In this document: piece by piece, positions 50,301 to 62,170 of the stretch | How positions within the stretch are numbered: the stretch's first letter is position 1 | How the letters are laid out: each line of letters opens with the position of its first letter | Origin: Phoronis australis | Taxonomy: Eukaryota > Animalia > Phoronida | Direction: 5' to 3' | Length of the DNA stretch: 64,000 nt | Assembly: GCA_002633005.1 (NCBI GenBank) | Contig: NMRA01000165.1 | Location: 285,958-349,957, forward strand | Notes under the pieces: model-generated | What the model saw: the letters and a program-made list of their open reading frames with translations, nothing else | Databases searched by the model: none | Told to the model about the DNA's origin: nothing | Position numbers and translations under genes: made by a program

Positions 50301-53300
50301 TTCCGCTTCATTTCAGCTTATAACTTCATGAGACGGATTTTAAACCAAGTTAATTTTGTCGAAATTCTTATGTTAAAAGCCCAGATAATGCTCATTCAAC
50401 TCAACTCCAAATATGTTCAAACTTAACTGATTTTAATACGAATGCTTTGTTGAAGTTTTATTTTTGATGGTGCACTAATACCTGAAATGACAGTCGTTGT
50501 GATTGACAGCTAACTCGTGCATTATGGGTTTTCACTCACTGAACTGTTGCGTGATGCAATGAAGTTTCGGCAGAAACCCGGTCCACATATAAAAAACTTT
50601 TCAAAAAATTAATCGTAAATTGAAGGCAAACACAAACAGGGCTGAAACTTTCGAAATGTTAATATTTTGGTGACTAACGAAACTCATCCCGTGTTCTCAA
50701 TTAGTGAGCGCAAATGAAAGAGTTCTTTAAAAGTTTGATCGTTGTCTTTGTAAACTTGTCACCCGCTTGATGCAAATGAAAGTCGCGATGTTCTTTTTGT
50801 CGTTGTCACTGTCATGAACGGGTCGTTAATGCATTCCAGTTTCAATAATAAAGTTACTATAGCAGCCAATTATAAGTTTTCGTTGCGTCAACAGTTTTAA
50901 AAACATGGAAGTCATTTACTTGTATGATAAGCAAGAAACGGAGTTACGGTAACGTGACGATTTTCAGTCCCTTTTTCAGCGTATTACGCATAAGGCAAGC
51001 CACACACGAAGAGGCAACTGCTGCGCTCTAAATTTTGGCGAGGCCGTGGCTGCGTACTCGTCGCTAGGCTGCACACAGCACTCTAACCTGAACTAGCTTC
51101 ATGTGATCAGCTGGGTGTCACATGACACGATAATAGCGAAATTGCTTAGAGTGTGCGTGAGCATGTATTCAGCTTGAGCAATCGAACGCGCAGCACCTCC
51201 GCACGCCGTGGAGCTTTGGCAAAATTATCCAGCATGATAGACACCGGTCGCAACGATATCACGAGTCTGAGCCGCGGTTAATGCAGAACGCCTCACACAA
51301 AATAGAAAAACTGCAGCGCTGATTACGCGCGACCGATCCTGCTTCGGGTGCAGCTACCTTATCACAAATAGCAACTAACGACTTTATCTGCAACGATTTG
51401 CTTAACTTTCAGCGTCTCCTATTCGTCTCCTTGTTAAGGCCTACTTCGCTCGTGGCTCTCCTTGCTGTCGACCAAGTCATTTTTTTGACCATTCTCTAAC
51501 AGCATCGCATCATGCAGAAGAGCAAGAAGCGGTGAAACGTTGTGCAAAACAAATAGCAAAGCTTGTCACCATATTTACGTCCATCATCACGTGCTTTACG
51601 ATTTATTCTTTGGTAAGTGCTGTAATTACTTCATGAATTTCATTGAAGACCGGACGTGCGTTCAGTAGACGCTAGGACCTCGCTAAAAAGCAAGACTTCG
51701 CGAGATTACGTGAGATGTTGCCGTGCATTTTAAATGAGAGCACGTGACTTTGACTAGGTTTTAGCTAGGTCCTAGCGTGGGTCCTAGCGTCTACTGAACG
51801 CACGCCGGGTTTGGCTAACTATACTAACGACCGACCGGCGCTGACGAATTTCTAATGTAACTGGTGGTAAATGAGGTATACAAATGAGATATAGCTAATG
51901 GAAGCCAAACTAAAAGTGACACAAATGGAGATCTTGATCGTGTTCGTAGCGCATTTTAACTTAATGTATCACAACTTTGGGGTGTGCTCTTTTATTTCCC
52001 ATTTACCATGGATTTCTATGCGACTTCCGTAAAGGAAACTTGTGGACAGTTTTCCATTTGCGTCCCCTTTTGTGCTGGTCAGTGTCTGGGTTCACTTGAA
52101 TTAATCGGATACTAATTTATTTCAGAAAAATTCCAGATTTGAAGAGCAAGCCAACGCGACAAATTTGCATTTTCCTGGGTTAAATCATAATCTGGATTCT
52201 CCAACCTTTTACGATGGTGTCTTCTGTATTTTGTTTGCCCCACTACTGTATTTTGGGGTATTCCCTATAGTAAATCGATGTGTGCCGTTGTCGCCATTGC
52301 GCCGAATAGGTTAGTATCTCAATATGAAATTTTCGAATATATTTTTGTTAAAAGGCTTTATTTGAACGACATCAAATTACAAATTACCTTTACTGGCTCG
52401 GTGAAAAGTTTCAAAAATGATGTGATCGTTTCCTAAAGTATCATTTGCTATCCGTTTTGTGCTACTTTTGATTGTTTGTAAATATTCCCTCGTGCAAAAG
52501 TAGAACATTTTGAAAACAATTTTAATAGAGGTTTGGAGAATAGTGCATAGTACACGTTTCAAATCGGAATCAGGTCAGCTATTTCTGAAACTTATATGAC
52601 GTTACGAGGTTAACCACATTCAGACATTGGTTCCTACAAAACCTTAAAGATGCATTTGCATGCTACTAACTATGCTGCCTAATATATAGCAGGAAGAAAC
52701 GACAATGTTATTTCAACATCATCTACGCTAAACAAAGTACAGTTGTATTCACTGACAACTTGTAAATGTGAAAACAAAAAAATTCTGCAAATAGGTGACC
52801 TTTGCACTAATGGCGTACCTTGGAGGCTTATCATGCAGTGTTATTCCCCAACACCACGTCACGATACTTACTAGATACGGTTGAGTGATTTACGGGGAAT
52901 CATTTTCGACACATAACTTGTTCTTTAAAAAACTGGGCAATTTTCAACCTGCTTCATATTCATATCGTCGGTATGTGTTGTGTTTCTAACTAATTTGACG
53001 AAGCAATCACAGAGATAAGGAGTTAGCGGGCGAGTTCCAGTTTATAATGAAGTCTTAAAAAATCAACTAGTAAGCGGTTGATCGCGGTGTTAAATCTGAA
53101 ACGTCAAACCACTTAAGTCTTGAGGAATAATGAGTTTACCTTGCGTGGATCCCTCTGCATCAAAGTCACACTTGCACTCGTCACTACATGAAGAAGTGCG
53201 TTTTCTTTGTGTAGGGGCTTTACTACAAAACGCATTATTATGTGTTGTTGTGATGATTTGGATTTGGCGCAGATATACCGTCATAACTTGTGCTCATAAC

Positions 53301-56300
53301 ACGATGTACGTTTTGTGTAGGTTTAGGTTTGGTGCTGATACACCGACATAAAGTGTACTCATTACACGATGTGCACACTGTGTAGTTTTGGGTTTGGTGC
53401 TGATATACCGACATAAAGAGCACCCCATTACACGATGTACGCTTTGTGTAGGTTTGCATTTGGTGCTGGTATACCGACATAAAGTGTACTCATCTTTACG
53501 CGAAGTAATACAATACAACTTTGACGTAGGGTTTGGTTTGGTGTTGATGCCTCTATCCCTGATGGCGTCGGGCATTGTACAGATTCATCTAGCTGACTGT
53601 TTATGGTGGAGCACCTTACCACAGATTGGAATGTTCGCTCTGGGAGAGGTTGCCGTTGTTCTATCAGGTTTGACACCAGCCTTTTCTTTGGATGATTGAT
53701 TTAGTTGGTCGTGAAACTTCAAAACTAAATAATTCCGTTTGTAGTCATAAGCGTAATTTTGTTGAATAACCGATCAGAAGCCTAATTTGCGCACTTCGGT
53801 ACGGGTGACTGCTAAACAACTAACCAGAAACCAAATAACAGGCGTAGTTACGCACGCGGCTACGGAAGGAGTTTTATTAGTTCTGAAATATTTGGCCAAC
53901 AAGAGCGAAGGGTGTCATCCGGGAACGTCATGAACAAATGAAAGAGACCAGCAACAAGTCTTTGAGCACGAGAAGCTAGAAAGCATTAAAACGTTGTTTT
54001 CATAAATGCACAATGCGTGATGCGTGAGGTATGTAACCTGTGCTAATGTCTTTTCTTGTTTCCACTCGTAAAAATCAACAGGGGGAGCTTTTTTAAATTA
54101 CAACTGAATTTGAGTAAAGTATGGCAAAGTTTCGTTTGAATCCGATCAATCAAGTTTCTAAGTTATGATGCTCCCAATTTAGCCAAGTTTGGAAATTTTC
54201 TGGAGTTCTAAATAGCCTCAGTCAGGTTTTTGGCAATGGTACGCATTTTGACCTCAGAACTACTGACTCCGGATGCATGAAACAGTCCCAACAGGGACTC
54301 GACTATGCTCTCTAAATCTTCAGCGCATGTACAGACCGTGTTCACTCATCAATGTTTTATCAGTTTTCCAAAACTTTATTTTTGTTGTGAGTTTCTGTAA
54401 TACTTATGACATTTTCGAATGATGCATCTGAAGTCTGAGCTCTTATTTCAAATAAAGTTAATGTACCATTGCTTAATTTTCAGTAATAATAAGAATTCAA
54501 CTTATGATTCACTTTCGTTGTGTATCACTCAGCAATGAAGCTGTAATACCAAAAACGATCGCCAGTGTTTGTTCACAAGTTCATAAATGAGATGAATTTT
54601 TAAGGAAACATAGTTGAGTACCTATTGGGAGCCTTTCATGCAACCAGTCACAGGCCTCTTGCCTGGGGCACCTTCCTGCTATTTCTTGGTAATTCACCTC
54701 ACTAATAAGTAAATCTTACATGCTTTTGGAGCGACTATGTTCACAACTGTGTGATTCAATTGCTGTACTGGAAGGTATACAATGTATACCCGTGGATCAT
54801 TAAAATGCCGGTACCTATATGATGCCTTCTACTGCAGAACGTTTTACGCTTGTCCACTCGGGAGTCAACAACTTAACATAGTTAATTGATGACACAACAA
54901 TTTTGTTTCAGTCGTTTTCGTGTTTGTTTTTTCCTGTCTATTTAGTGGGTTATCAGTAAGGGCTTAGATTCTACGTCATTTCAGGTTTGGAGTTCAGCTT
55001 TACTCAAGCACCACAAGGATTAGTAGCAAGTGTCATGGGTCTGTTTATGTGTTCCGAAGGTGTCGGTGCTTTCGTGGGTTATATAATACAGATTGCATCT
55101 GGGGCAGGTAACTAAATCTTTCAGCAAATTTTTACCGCAAATTAAAAAAATTTCCCACATTGCCCGGACAATTTGGCAGTGGCAGGTTTTTGTTTAGAAA
55201 ATTGTAATTTACCGTAGATTTGTCAGTGTCGAAAAATGTATCCCGGTGTACAGCTAACTACAAAAATACCCCGGATCTAATTACGACCGTGAATGGATTT
55301 TAATGTATAATAACCGGGTTCCATCAAAGAAACCAAATTTTGATTTAGAACCCTCTCTGGTTTCATGTTGTTCCATACGCAGATGCGGAGAAAGGGGGTT
55401 ATTGCCCCCTCCAGATTAAGGCAAACCGGGCAGTGAAGCATCTAATTGACAAATAGAAATACATATAGTAAGGGCCTTAGCAACCGAAGTGAGAGGTGGG
55501 GGAATTGATGGCGCCTGGCGAAAGGGTAGCTGCTTGAGACCTGGGGTCCGAGGTTGGTTGGTGAGCGAGGAGCTGAAATTGGTGGCAACCACCAGGGGAG
55601 AATTCTTCCACGCCTTCATTCGAGCAAAGCTACGTTGCTCATGTCCCCCCCCCCCCCCCCCCCCCCATCGCCNNNNNNNNNNNNNNNNNNNNNNNNNNNN
55701 NNNNNNNNNNNNNNNNNNNNNNNNNNNNNNNNNNNNNNNNNNNNNNNNNNNNNNNNNNNNNNNNNNNNNNNNNNNNNNNNNNNNNNNNNNNNNNNNNNNN
55801 NNNNNNNNNNNNNNNNNNNNNNNNNNNNNNNNNNNNNNNNNNNNNNNNNNNNNNNNNNNNNNNNNNNNNNNNNNNNNNNNNNNNNNNNNNNNNNNNNNNN
55901 NNNNNNNNNNNNNNNNNNNNNNNNNNNNNNNNNNNNNNNNNNNNNNNNNNNNNNNNNNNNNNNNNNNNNNNNNNNNNNNNNNNNNNNNNNNNNNNNNNNN
56001 NNNNNNNNNNNNNNNNNNNNNNNNNNNNNNNNNNNNNNNNNNNNNNNNNNNNNNNNNNNNNNNNNNNNNNNNNNNNNNNNNNNNNNNNNNNNNNNNNNNN
56101 NNNNNNNNNNNNNNNNNNNNAAGTTCTTGGTTTGCAGGGAACACATAAAAACTCAGATTTTTATCTCTCTTGTTGTTTTTGAAGCAGCCAGGAACACAAC
56201 AAATGTATCCGCCGTAAGTTTTCTTCGCGCTCATACCGCATGTTATGCTTGATACTATGGCTGCTTTCGGAATCCTGACCACAACACCCACAATGCACCA

Positions 56301-56937
56301 TTTTAACATAATTTCAATGTGGCGTCGCTGCAAATCCGCTATTATCTCTCTGTATTTTATTGCTTTGGCCTTACAAAACTTTATCGACCCTGGGACATTT
56401 TGATACATTGTTCAAGCTACCCTTGGAGCTCGTGTTTGAGTAAATCTGAACAATGAATATTTTCGAAAAAATATCCCAAAAATGCTCAAAAAAGTGGATT
56501 AGTGAAATATGCTGTTTTGAAGATACATTAGAAAAAGGAAGCCACTCACTCACTGTTTGTTATCATATTGTGAATACGAACACGTCCGGGTATTCGTTTG
56601 ACGTTCGTAAGCAGACGAACGCTGGAAACTTCAACGCCAGATGTCGCAGGACCGCGCAGAAGAGGAAATAAGATCGTTCACGACTTTATGGCTCTCACGA
56701 CTTTAGGGCCTCTGACGGTATGTGTTGAAAGCTCATTCTGATGATACTATTAATTTTTCCACGTTCCACTTATGATTTTCAGACGAATCTGATGCGGCAG
56801 CTGTGACGGCTATATTTTCCTTGTTTGGTGCCTCCGTTTTAAGTTTTATATTTTTCATTGTGGTCTCGAGACACTATGAATACAATATAAGAGAGGAATT
56901 ACAAGATGATGGTCAAGAGATGGATCAGGCCTCCTGA
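44322..56937 (+). CDS. SLC15/POT (PTR2) family oligopeptide transporter, SLC15A4/PHT-like, ~483 aa
   Basis: Phase-consistent exons: 44322-44508, 44854-44952, 45335-45378, 49623-49765, 50036-50214, 51413-51612, 52126-52309, 53530-53667, 54985-55107, 56783-56937 (1452 nt). Motifs: N-terminal EREPLL, TM1 [16 protein letters not shown] (PTR2_1-like), YYVFVNLGS (PTR2_2-like), [13 protein letters not shown]...[13 protein letters not shown]. There is a 5' UTR acceptor at 44205 and a candidate upstream donor at 41976. Confidence 0.9.
45044..45260. repeat. (GGCA/GACA)n microsatellite-derived repeat
   Basis: Intronic ggcaggcaggcaggaagacctgca runs, which produce the PAC-rich ORFs. Confidence 0.9.
47917..49250. 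mobile_element. Degenerate element with inverted subterminal short-repeat arrays
   Basis: cccgggttctatgtgtcccaggttcta / tgtatgtttcccgggttc (47950-48025) are reverse-complemented at 49140-49235 (gaacccgggaaacataca, tagaacctgggacacat). Confidence 0.5.
51650..51808. mobile_element. Short MITE, family C copy 2
   Basis: ~29-bp TIRs ccggacgtgcgttcagtagacgctaggacc / ggtcctagcgtctactgaacgcacgccgg. Confidence 0.8.
52690..53040 (+). repeat. Dispersed ~350-bp repeat, copy 1
   Basis: Co-linear similarity with 57320-57670 (aacatcatct...aaacaaagt, ataggtgac, cggttgagtgattt). Confidence 0.7.
53249..53550 (+). repeat. ~65-bp minisatellite derived from an acceptor/exon start of the SLC15 gene
   Basis: Units tgtgtag|gtttaggtttggtgctgata... 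at ~53249, 53314, 53379 and 53445, ending in the real junction gacgtag|ggtttggtttggtgttgatg. Confidence 0.85.
54264..54650. mobile_element. MITE, family A copy 2
   Basis: TIRs ccggatgcatgaaacagtcccaacagggactc / gagtacctattgggagcctttcatgcaaccag, homologous to 19148-19579. Confidence 0.7.
56121..56714 (-). mobile_element. THAP-domain (P-element-like) transposon 5' end in the last SLC15 intron
   Basis: An ORF from ATG 56234 reads [33 protein letters not shown] (start of a THAP zinc finger) into the N gap. The putative terminus is CAGAGGCCCTAAAGTCGTGAGAGCCATAAAGTCGTG at 56714. Confidence 0.65.
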
Positions 56938-57319
56938 GAAGCAAACATTATCAGGAAATACTGGTTGAAGGGTTCAAGTATAGTGCTCAGTGACCAAGAC
57001 GCTTAGCTGTGAAAAATTTAGCGACCTCATAATGGGGAACGCTATGGTTTTTGATGTTGATGTTTAGTAAGAATACAGATCCAGGGTGAGCCAAAAGCAT
57101 ACTAGTTCCTTACATGAATGTTATGACATGAGATAGACACTTGGTCTTACCCTCCCACTTCACCACTGTTGAAAAAAGTTTAGCCAGGAAATTATGAGAG
57201 CACCACGGTCTAGAAATAGGTAGTAGAAATTATTTCAGAAACTAGAAATTATGTATTCTCGCAGACCAAATTTTGTACTTCAGTCTTAAAGGTGTATTTA
57301 CAATCTTCTAATGTACAGA

Positions 57320-57670
57320 AGGAAGTAAACGACAAAGCTATTTGAACATCATCTAATCTAAACAAAGTGCAGTTATATTAATGGACAACTTCGTAAGTGT
57401 GAAAACAAGAAAATATGCAAATAGGTGACTTTTTCACTAATGGCTACCTTGGGCTCTCACATAACCCGCATCGTGCAGTGGTATTCCCGAACACCACGTT
57501 ACGATGCTTAATAGACACGGTTGAGTGATTTGCAGCAGATCATTTTCGACACAAAACTCGTTCTTAAAAACCTTTGGAAATTTTCAATGTACTTCATATT
57601 CGATCATGTTGTGTTCCTAACTTATTTGATGAAGCAGTTACAGAAATAAGGAATTATCGTGCAAGTTCCA
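57320..57670 (+). repeat. Dispersed ~350-bp repeat, copy 2
   Basis: Homologous to 52690-53040. Confidence 0.7.
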
Positions 57671-58219
57671 CTGTAAGACGCTGTACATGAAACAGAACTC
57701 TGGTCTGTGTTTTGTGAAAATCGAGTCGGTGGTATTTTTGTATATATTTTTTAGATCTTCCTGAGACAAGTGACGATAATGCATGCTGGTTTTTTTTACT
57801 CAACTCAAACCAGTTTCGGTGGGGCAGGGCTGGCGTCACTCCGTGCCAGTGTTCCAAAAATCCCGCCCTTCTTTTCCTCATCGGTTACAGCAAACTTAGA
57901 CATTACGTGATAATTTTTTTTTTCTTTAGAACACCATATTTCTCCAAAACCAAATTCTGTTACCCTCAGAAAAGTGTTTGATGAATAGAATTTCGGAGCC
58001 AATACCGCGACGAGCCGCCATGAAAAAGTAGACTTGACTGCAAGAACGCATGAATAAGAATTCCATGACCTATGTGCGATGTCGCAGATTCGAGACGATG
58101 TCTTCGGTCAAGTTCCCCCCCGCGCCCTTCCCCAGTCCGTTTCATTACGATTTTGGCACGAGCTCGATTGTCGTGAGTGACTAACTTTGGTGTGACTGCG
58201 CTGTTTACAAGACATAATT

Positions 58220-59591
58220 CACGGTTTTCCATCGAAACAGGAACCCCGATGAAAACAGATACACCGGAGTCAAAAACAGACTCCCGCACTTTCAAAACAG
58301 CTAACCAGTCCTAAAAACACGAAACCCGACCTTTAAAACAGGAACCCCAGGGACCAGACAGGACACCCGGAGACCGAAACACCACTTCTGCACTTTCTGT
58401 CAAACATGTTTGTTTGACAGAAAAATAAATCTTTGTACTTAAAATAGTTGCTGTGATATGTTGTTTTTAGACAACTTATGATGGATTGACCTTCTACACG
58501 AACATTATTTCGTTGCTAAAGTTGTGGTGTGATTTTTTGCGTCCGCTTTCGACGCCATGAAATATTACGTCACCTATTGTCCACTTTCTTTTTCCCCAAT
58601 TTTTCAATTAAATGCTCTTCTTTCTCGAGGTTGCGTAGGCCTACATGTCACAACAAATTATCAACAGTGGCACTCGAAAGTCGAAATCATATTGTTGACT
58701 TTCAATTTTGAAAATATTTTTGGGCAAATAATGGAATAATCTGAAATAAACAAAATATTCACCGAGATAACAACGTGTTGAGAGTATAGATTATGTTGAA
58801 ATTCGCCCACAGATAAGTTGCAAGTTTTACCGATAAAAGTCAAATAACAAAGGCAATATAATATAGCTTACGTTTTATTATTCACAATTTTTAAAGAGGC
58901 ATGGAATGCGAAAGCTCGTCAAAAAATTTCTAAAAAACAATTCATGACGAAAGTACCATCTGACAACGTCTAGTACAGAGTAATTAACTTTCCTCTGTGA
59001 GGAAATGTCCAGAAAAAGTCACAAAATTCACAATTTTGAAATACGAGCCAAGGAAAAACTCCCTCCCACTTGTGATAAATATGAGCATGGGCTCACAGTC
59101 AGTTGCTTGAAGTTGCTTGAGGTCAAAGGTCACATTTTCTATATAACGGAAATGTGCTACGCCTATGTTGCCATACCAAATAAGGAGACGTGGTTTTCCT
59201 TGTGGGAGAAAAATCTACAATGAAAATGACGAGGCAGGCATTTTTTTGAAATTTGAAACTAAAAGAAAATGTTTTGAACTGAAATTGAAAATCTTTACGA
59301 ACAAACCCTAAATTACTTGGTGAGCTCGTTGAATTCTGTTTCAGTAACAGTGAACCACTTTCAACATTGCAATTTAGTCTGTTTATCGCGTTCCTGGTCT
59401 CTTTAACAAACAAATCTAACTCAAAGTTTGAGGCTACTGAAAAATTTCCGGGTTTCCTGTCCTATTTCAAAGGTCGGGGTGCGTGTTTTTCTGACTCTTT
59501 AGTGTTTAGCTGTTTTGAAGGTGCTGGAGTCTGTTTTCGACTCCGGGATATCTGTTTTACATCAGGGTTCATGTTTCGATGGAACAGACTG
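58220..59591. mobile_element. Old non-autonomous DNA transposon with ~130-bp imperfect TIRs
   Basis: ttccatcgaaacaggaaccccgatgaaaacagatacaccggagtcaaaaacagactcc (58227-) is the approximate reverse complement of ggagtctgttttcgactccgggatatctgttttacatcagggttcatgtttcgatggaa (-59584). Confidence 0.6.
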
Positions 59592-59796
59592 TTATTTATT
59601 GAAATGTAGTTACTTAGTTACATAAATTGTGGTATTTTTATTCCTACTTTTAACTGTACTATTTGTTTATGTTAATTAGCGAAGTCATATTGTGACTCCG
59701 AAACACGGTGTGCAATTTGGGCTGTTTTTCTGTGTTTTACCCGATTAATCTGCCCATCTCTAAGGACTGAGAGTGAAAACGTGTACAAATTGGAAC

Positions 59797-60007
59797 CATT
59801 TTAATAAATTGTCGAATAAGTGCATGATGATATTTCTCCCATTGGTAACGTGCACATAATATCGTTCATTTTAATAAATTGTCGAATAAGTGCATGATGA
59901 TATTTCTCCCATTGGTAACGTGCACATAATATCGTTCATTTTAATAAATTGTCGAATAAGTGCATGATGATATTTCTCCCATTGGTAACGTGCACATAAT
60001 ATCGTTC
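59797..60007. repeat. Perfect 70-bp tandem repeat, 3 copies
   Basis: cattttaataaattgtcgaataagtgcatgatgatatttctcccattggtaacgtgcacataatatcgtt at 59797, 59867 and 59937. Confidence 0.95.
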
Positions 60008-60202
60008 CATCCCGAAGTACACTAGTCCTTACCCCAGACATCGATGTCTGCAAAACGCATTTAACCTGCGACTGATCTCTATCGGCTTGTGTGAAGACGT
60101 CAGCCCGTTGTCTAAGCAAAATCGTCCGACATTTGACTTTTTTTACCTCTTGTGATGCCACGGTTATCCTCTAAATAATTTTCATTTGCCCATCTTACCA
60201 GA

Positions 60203-60960
60203 GATTAGTATTTTTTTACCTTACTTATGTTTAGTCACTACCTATTACTTGTAATTATATTAGTCATATACTGACTTTACTTGTAATTGTATTAGTCATA
60301 TAAATGACCTTACTTGTAATTGTATTAGTCATAATAAATGACCTTATATCGCCTACCCCGGTCTTGGTTTCATCTCTGGTAACGAGCTTGCGACGCACGA
60401 ACTATTATATATCATTCGGGACATATGTCGATCACAAATGGTATTTCATTCGTTAAATATATTTATGTGAGCATGTGGACCCGTCTTACTCCTTTCCCCC
60501 CCTCAATTCGGTCTAGTCCATTAATTCTTTTGTGTAGGACTACTCGTCGTTCTCCCAGTCTCATTGGTCAATTGTTATCACGTGCCCAGACTTTGGTCAG
60601 CTCCGGGGCTCTCATAGGCTGATGATTGTCACGTGGCCTTAGGAATTCACATTGTTATTGTAACCTCGTTTCCTGTTCACCTTCTTCGTTTCGGCCTCGT
60701 CCACGTACGTCTCAAACTTCTTAAATTTTTCCCACCCCCTGCCATCCCCCTTTTCGGCAAGGGATTAGTATTTTTTACCTTACTTTTGTTTAGTCACTAC
60801 CTATTACTTGTATTAGTCATATAAATGACCTTACTTGTAATTGTGTTAGTCATGATAATTAATGACCTTATATCGCCTACCCCGTTCTTGGTTTCGTCTC
60901 TGGTAACGAGCTTGCGACGCACAAACTATTATATATCATTCGGGACATATGTCGATCATA
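60203..60960. repeat. Pair of ~200-235-bp direct repeats flanking a ~325-bp spacer
   Basis: gattagtatttttt...ttcgggacatatgtcgatca at 60203-60434 and 60763-60958. Confidence 0.8.
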
Positions 60961-61907
60961 AATAATGTTCTAATTTGTTGATATGACAACCCTTCGACGA
61001 GTTGATCGTGGATCATGTGACATAGTATAGGCTGCCAATGACAAGGTGACAGACCCGTGCCACTGTTACTTCGATGACACTCCTGTACAAAAAAAACACC
61101 TAATGTAACGCAACTTCAATACAAATTGTTTGTAAAATATGAAGGGCGGGGACAAGCTTGGATAATGACATCGTGTGTTGTTTGAACGATGATTTCAAGG
61201 CAATGGAACATGGGACCTGGTTTCAGATTCTGAGTTCCAGAAACTGTTGCTGAAACCATATTTGTGATCCCATATTTCAGGTTTTGAGTCAACGAAACGT
61301 CGAAAATTCATGACTCTACTACTCAACATTGCTCAGTGGACCCTGGAACTGGACGGTTGTACACGTCTTACCGATTCTTCTTCGACAAGATGAGAATGAA
61401 GTTACTGGAACGAAGTTCCCGGTACCGGAATTTAGCTTGAACATGATTCTAGGTGCTAAAGTCACTGAAGCCTCTGAGCTGGAATGAAATAATAATGCAT
61501 GAATCTGCCATATGCCCTCTGAGGCAGAGCCATATCTTGCCTAGTGACTGGAAAACTTAGGAACACTGGACACAGGCTAGAAATACCAACACGGTTTGAT
61601 TTTGACGGTCGCCGGGATTCCATTGAACAATTTATTGAACAATTTAAGCGTCACCTGTTAACCTAACCGTGTCGACACAACGCTCACTTAAAGAGGCACG
61701 TAACGCGAAAACTCGTAAAAAATACCTGTTTAAACAGATCGTGGCGAATCTTCTTCTTTTGGATGCTAACGTGAGAGATAACCAATTTTTGAAGCACAGG
61801 CGACTCGGAAATAAAAACTCTTTCATCCTAATACAGTTTTCAACTTCTCCGCCCGTAATAATGCGTTCAAAAAAGTCAGGCTTGGTTGAATTCGCTTTAT
61901 TACAGCA

Positions 61908-62170
61908 AAGGTCAGAGGTTATATTTTCCATGTAAAGGGAATGTGCTACGTCTATGTCTTCGAATGAGAGGTGCTTTGCCGTGTGGGAGAAAGTCGACCA
62001 CGTGACGAGGAGTTAGCAGATCGTTTTTTTTTAAATTTGAAACTAAAGGGAAATGTTTTGACGTCAACAGATATTCATAATATTTAAGAAAAAAAACCGC
62101 AAAAATTTTTGGTGAACAATTTGACTTCAGTGGCAAAGAATCACTTTGAATAATGCATTAGTCTGTTTTT
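61908..62170 (+). repeat. Diverged copy of sequence at ~59120-59385
   Basis: ggtcagaggttatattttccatgtaaagggaatgtgctacgtctatg versus ggtcaaaggtcacattttctatataacggaaatgtgctacgcctatg, with shared tgggagaaa and aaatttgaaactaaa. Confidence 0.6.

Noticed and set aside
55416-56408. Long ORFs of 176-330 aa
   Set aside because: Inflated by the N gap. Only the THAP-like segment 56121-56234 is supported.
59797-60007. CRISPR-like array
   Set aside because: Head-to-tail identical units with no unique spacers, no cas genes, and a eukaryotic context.
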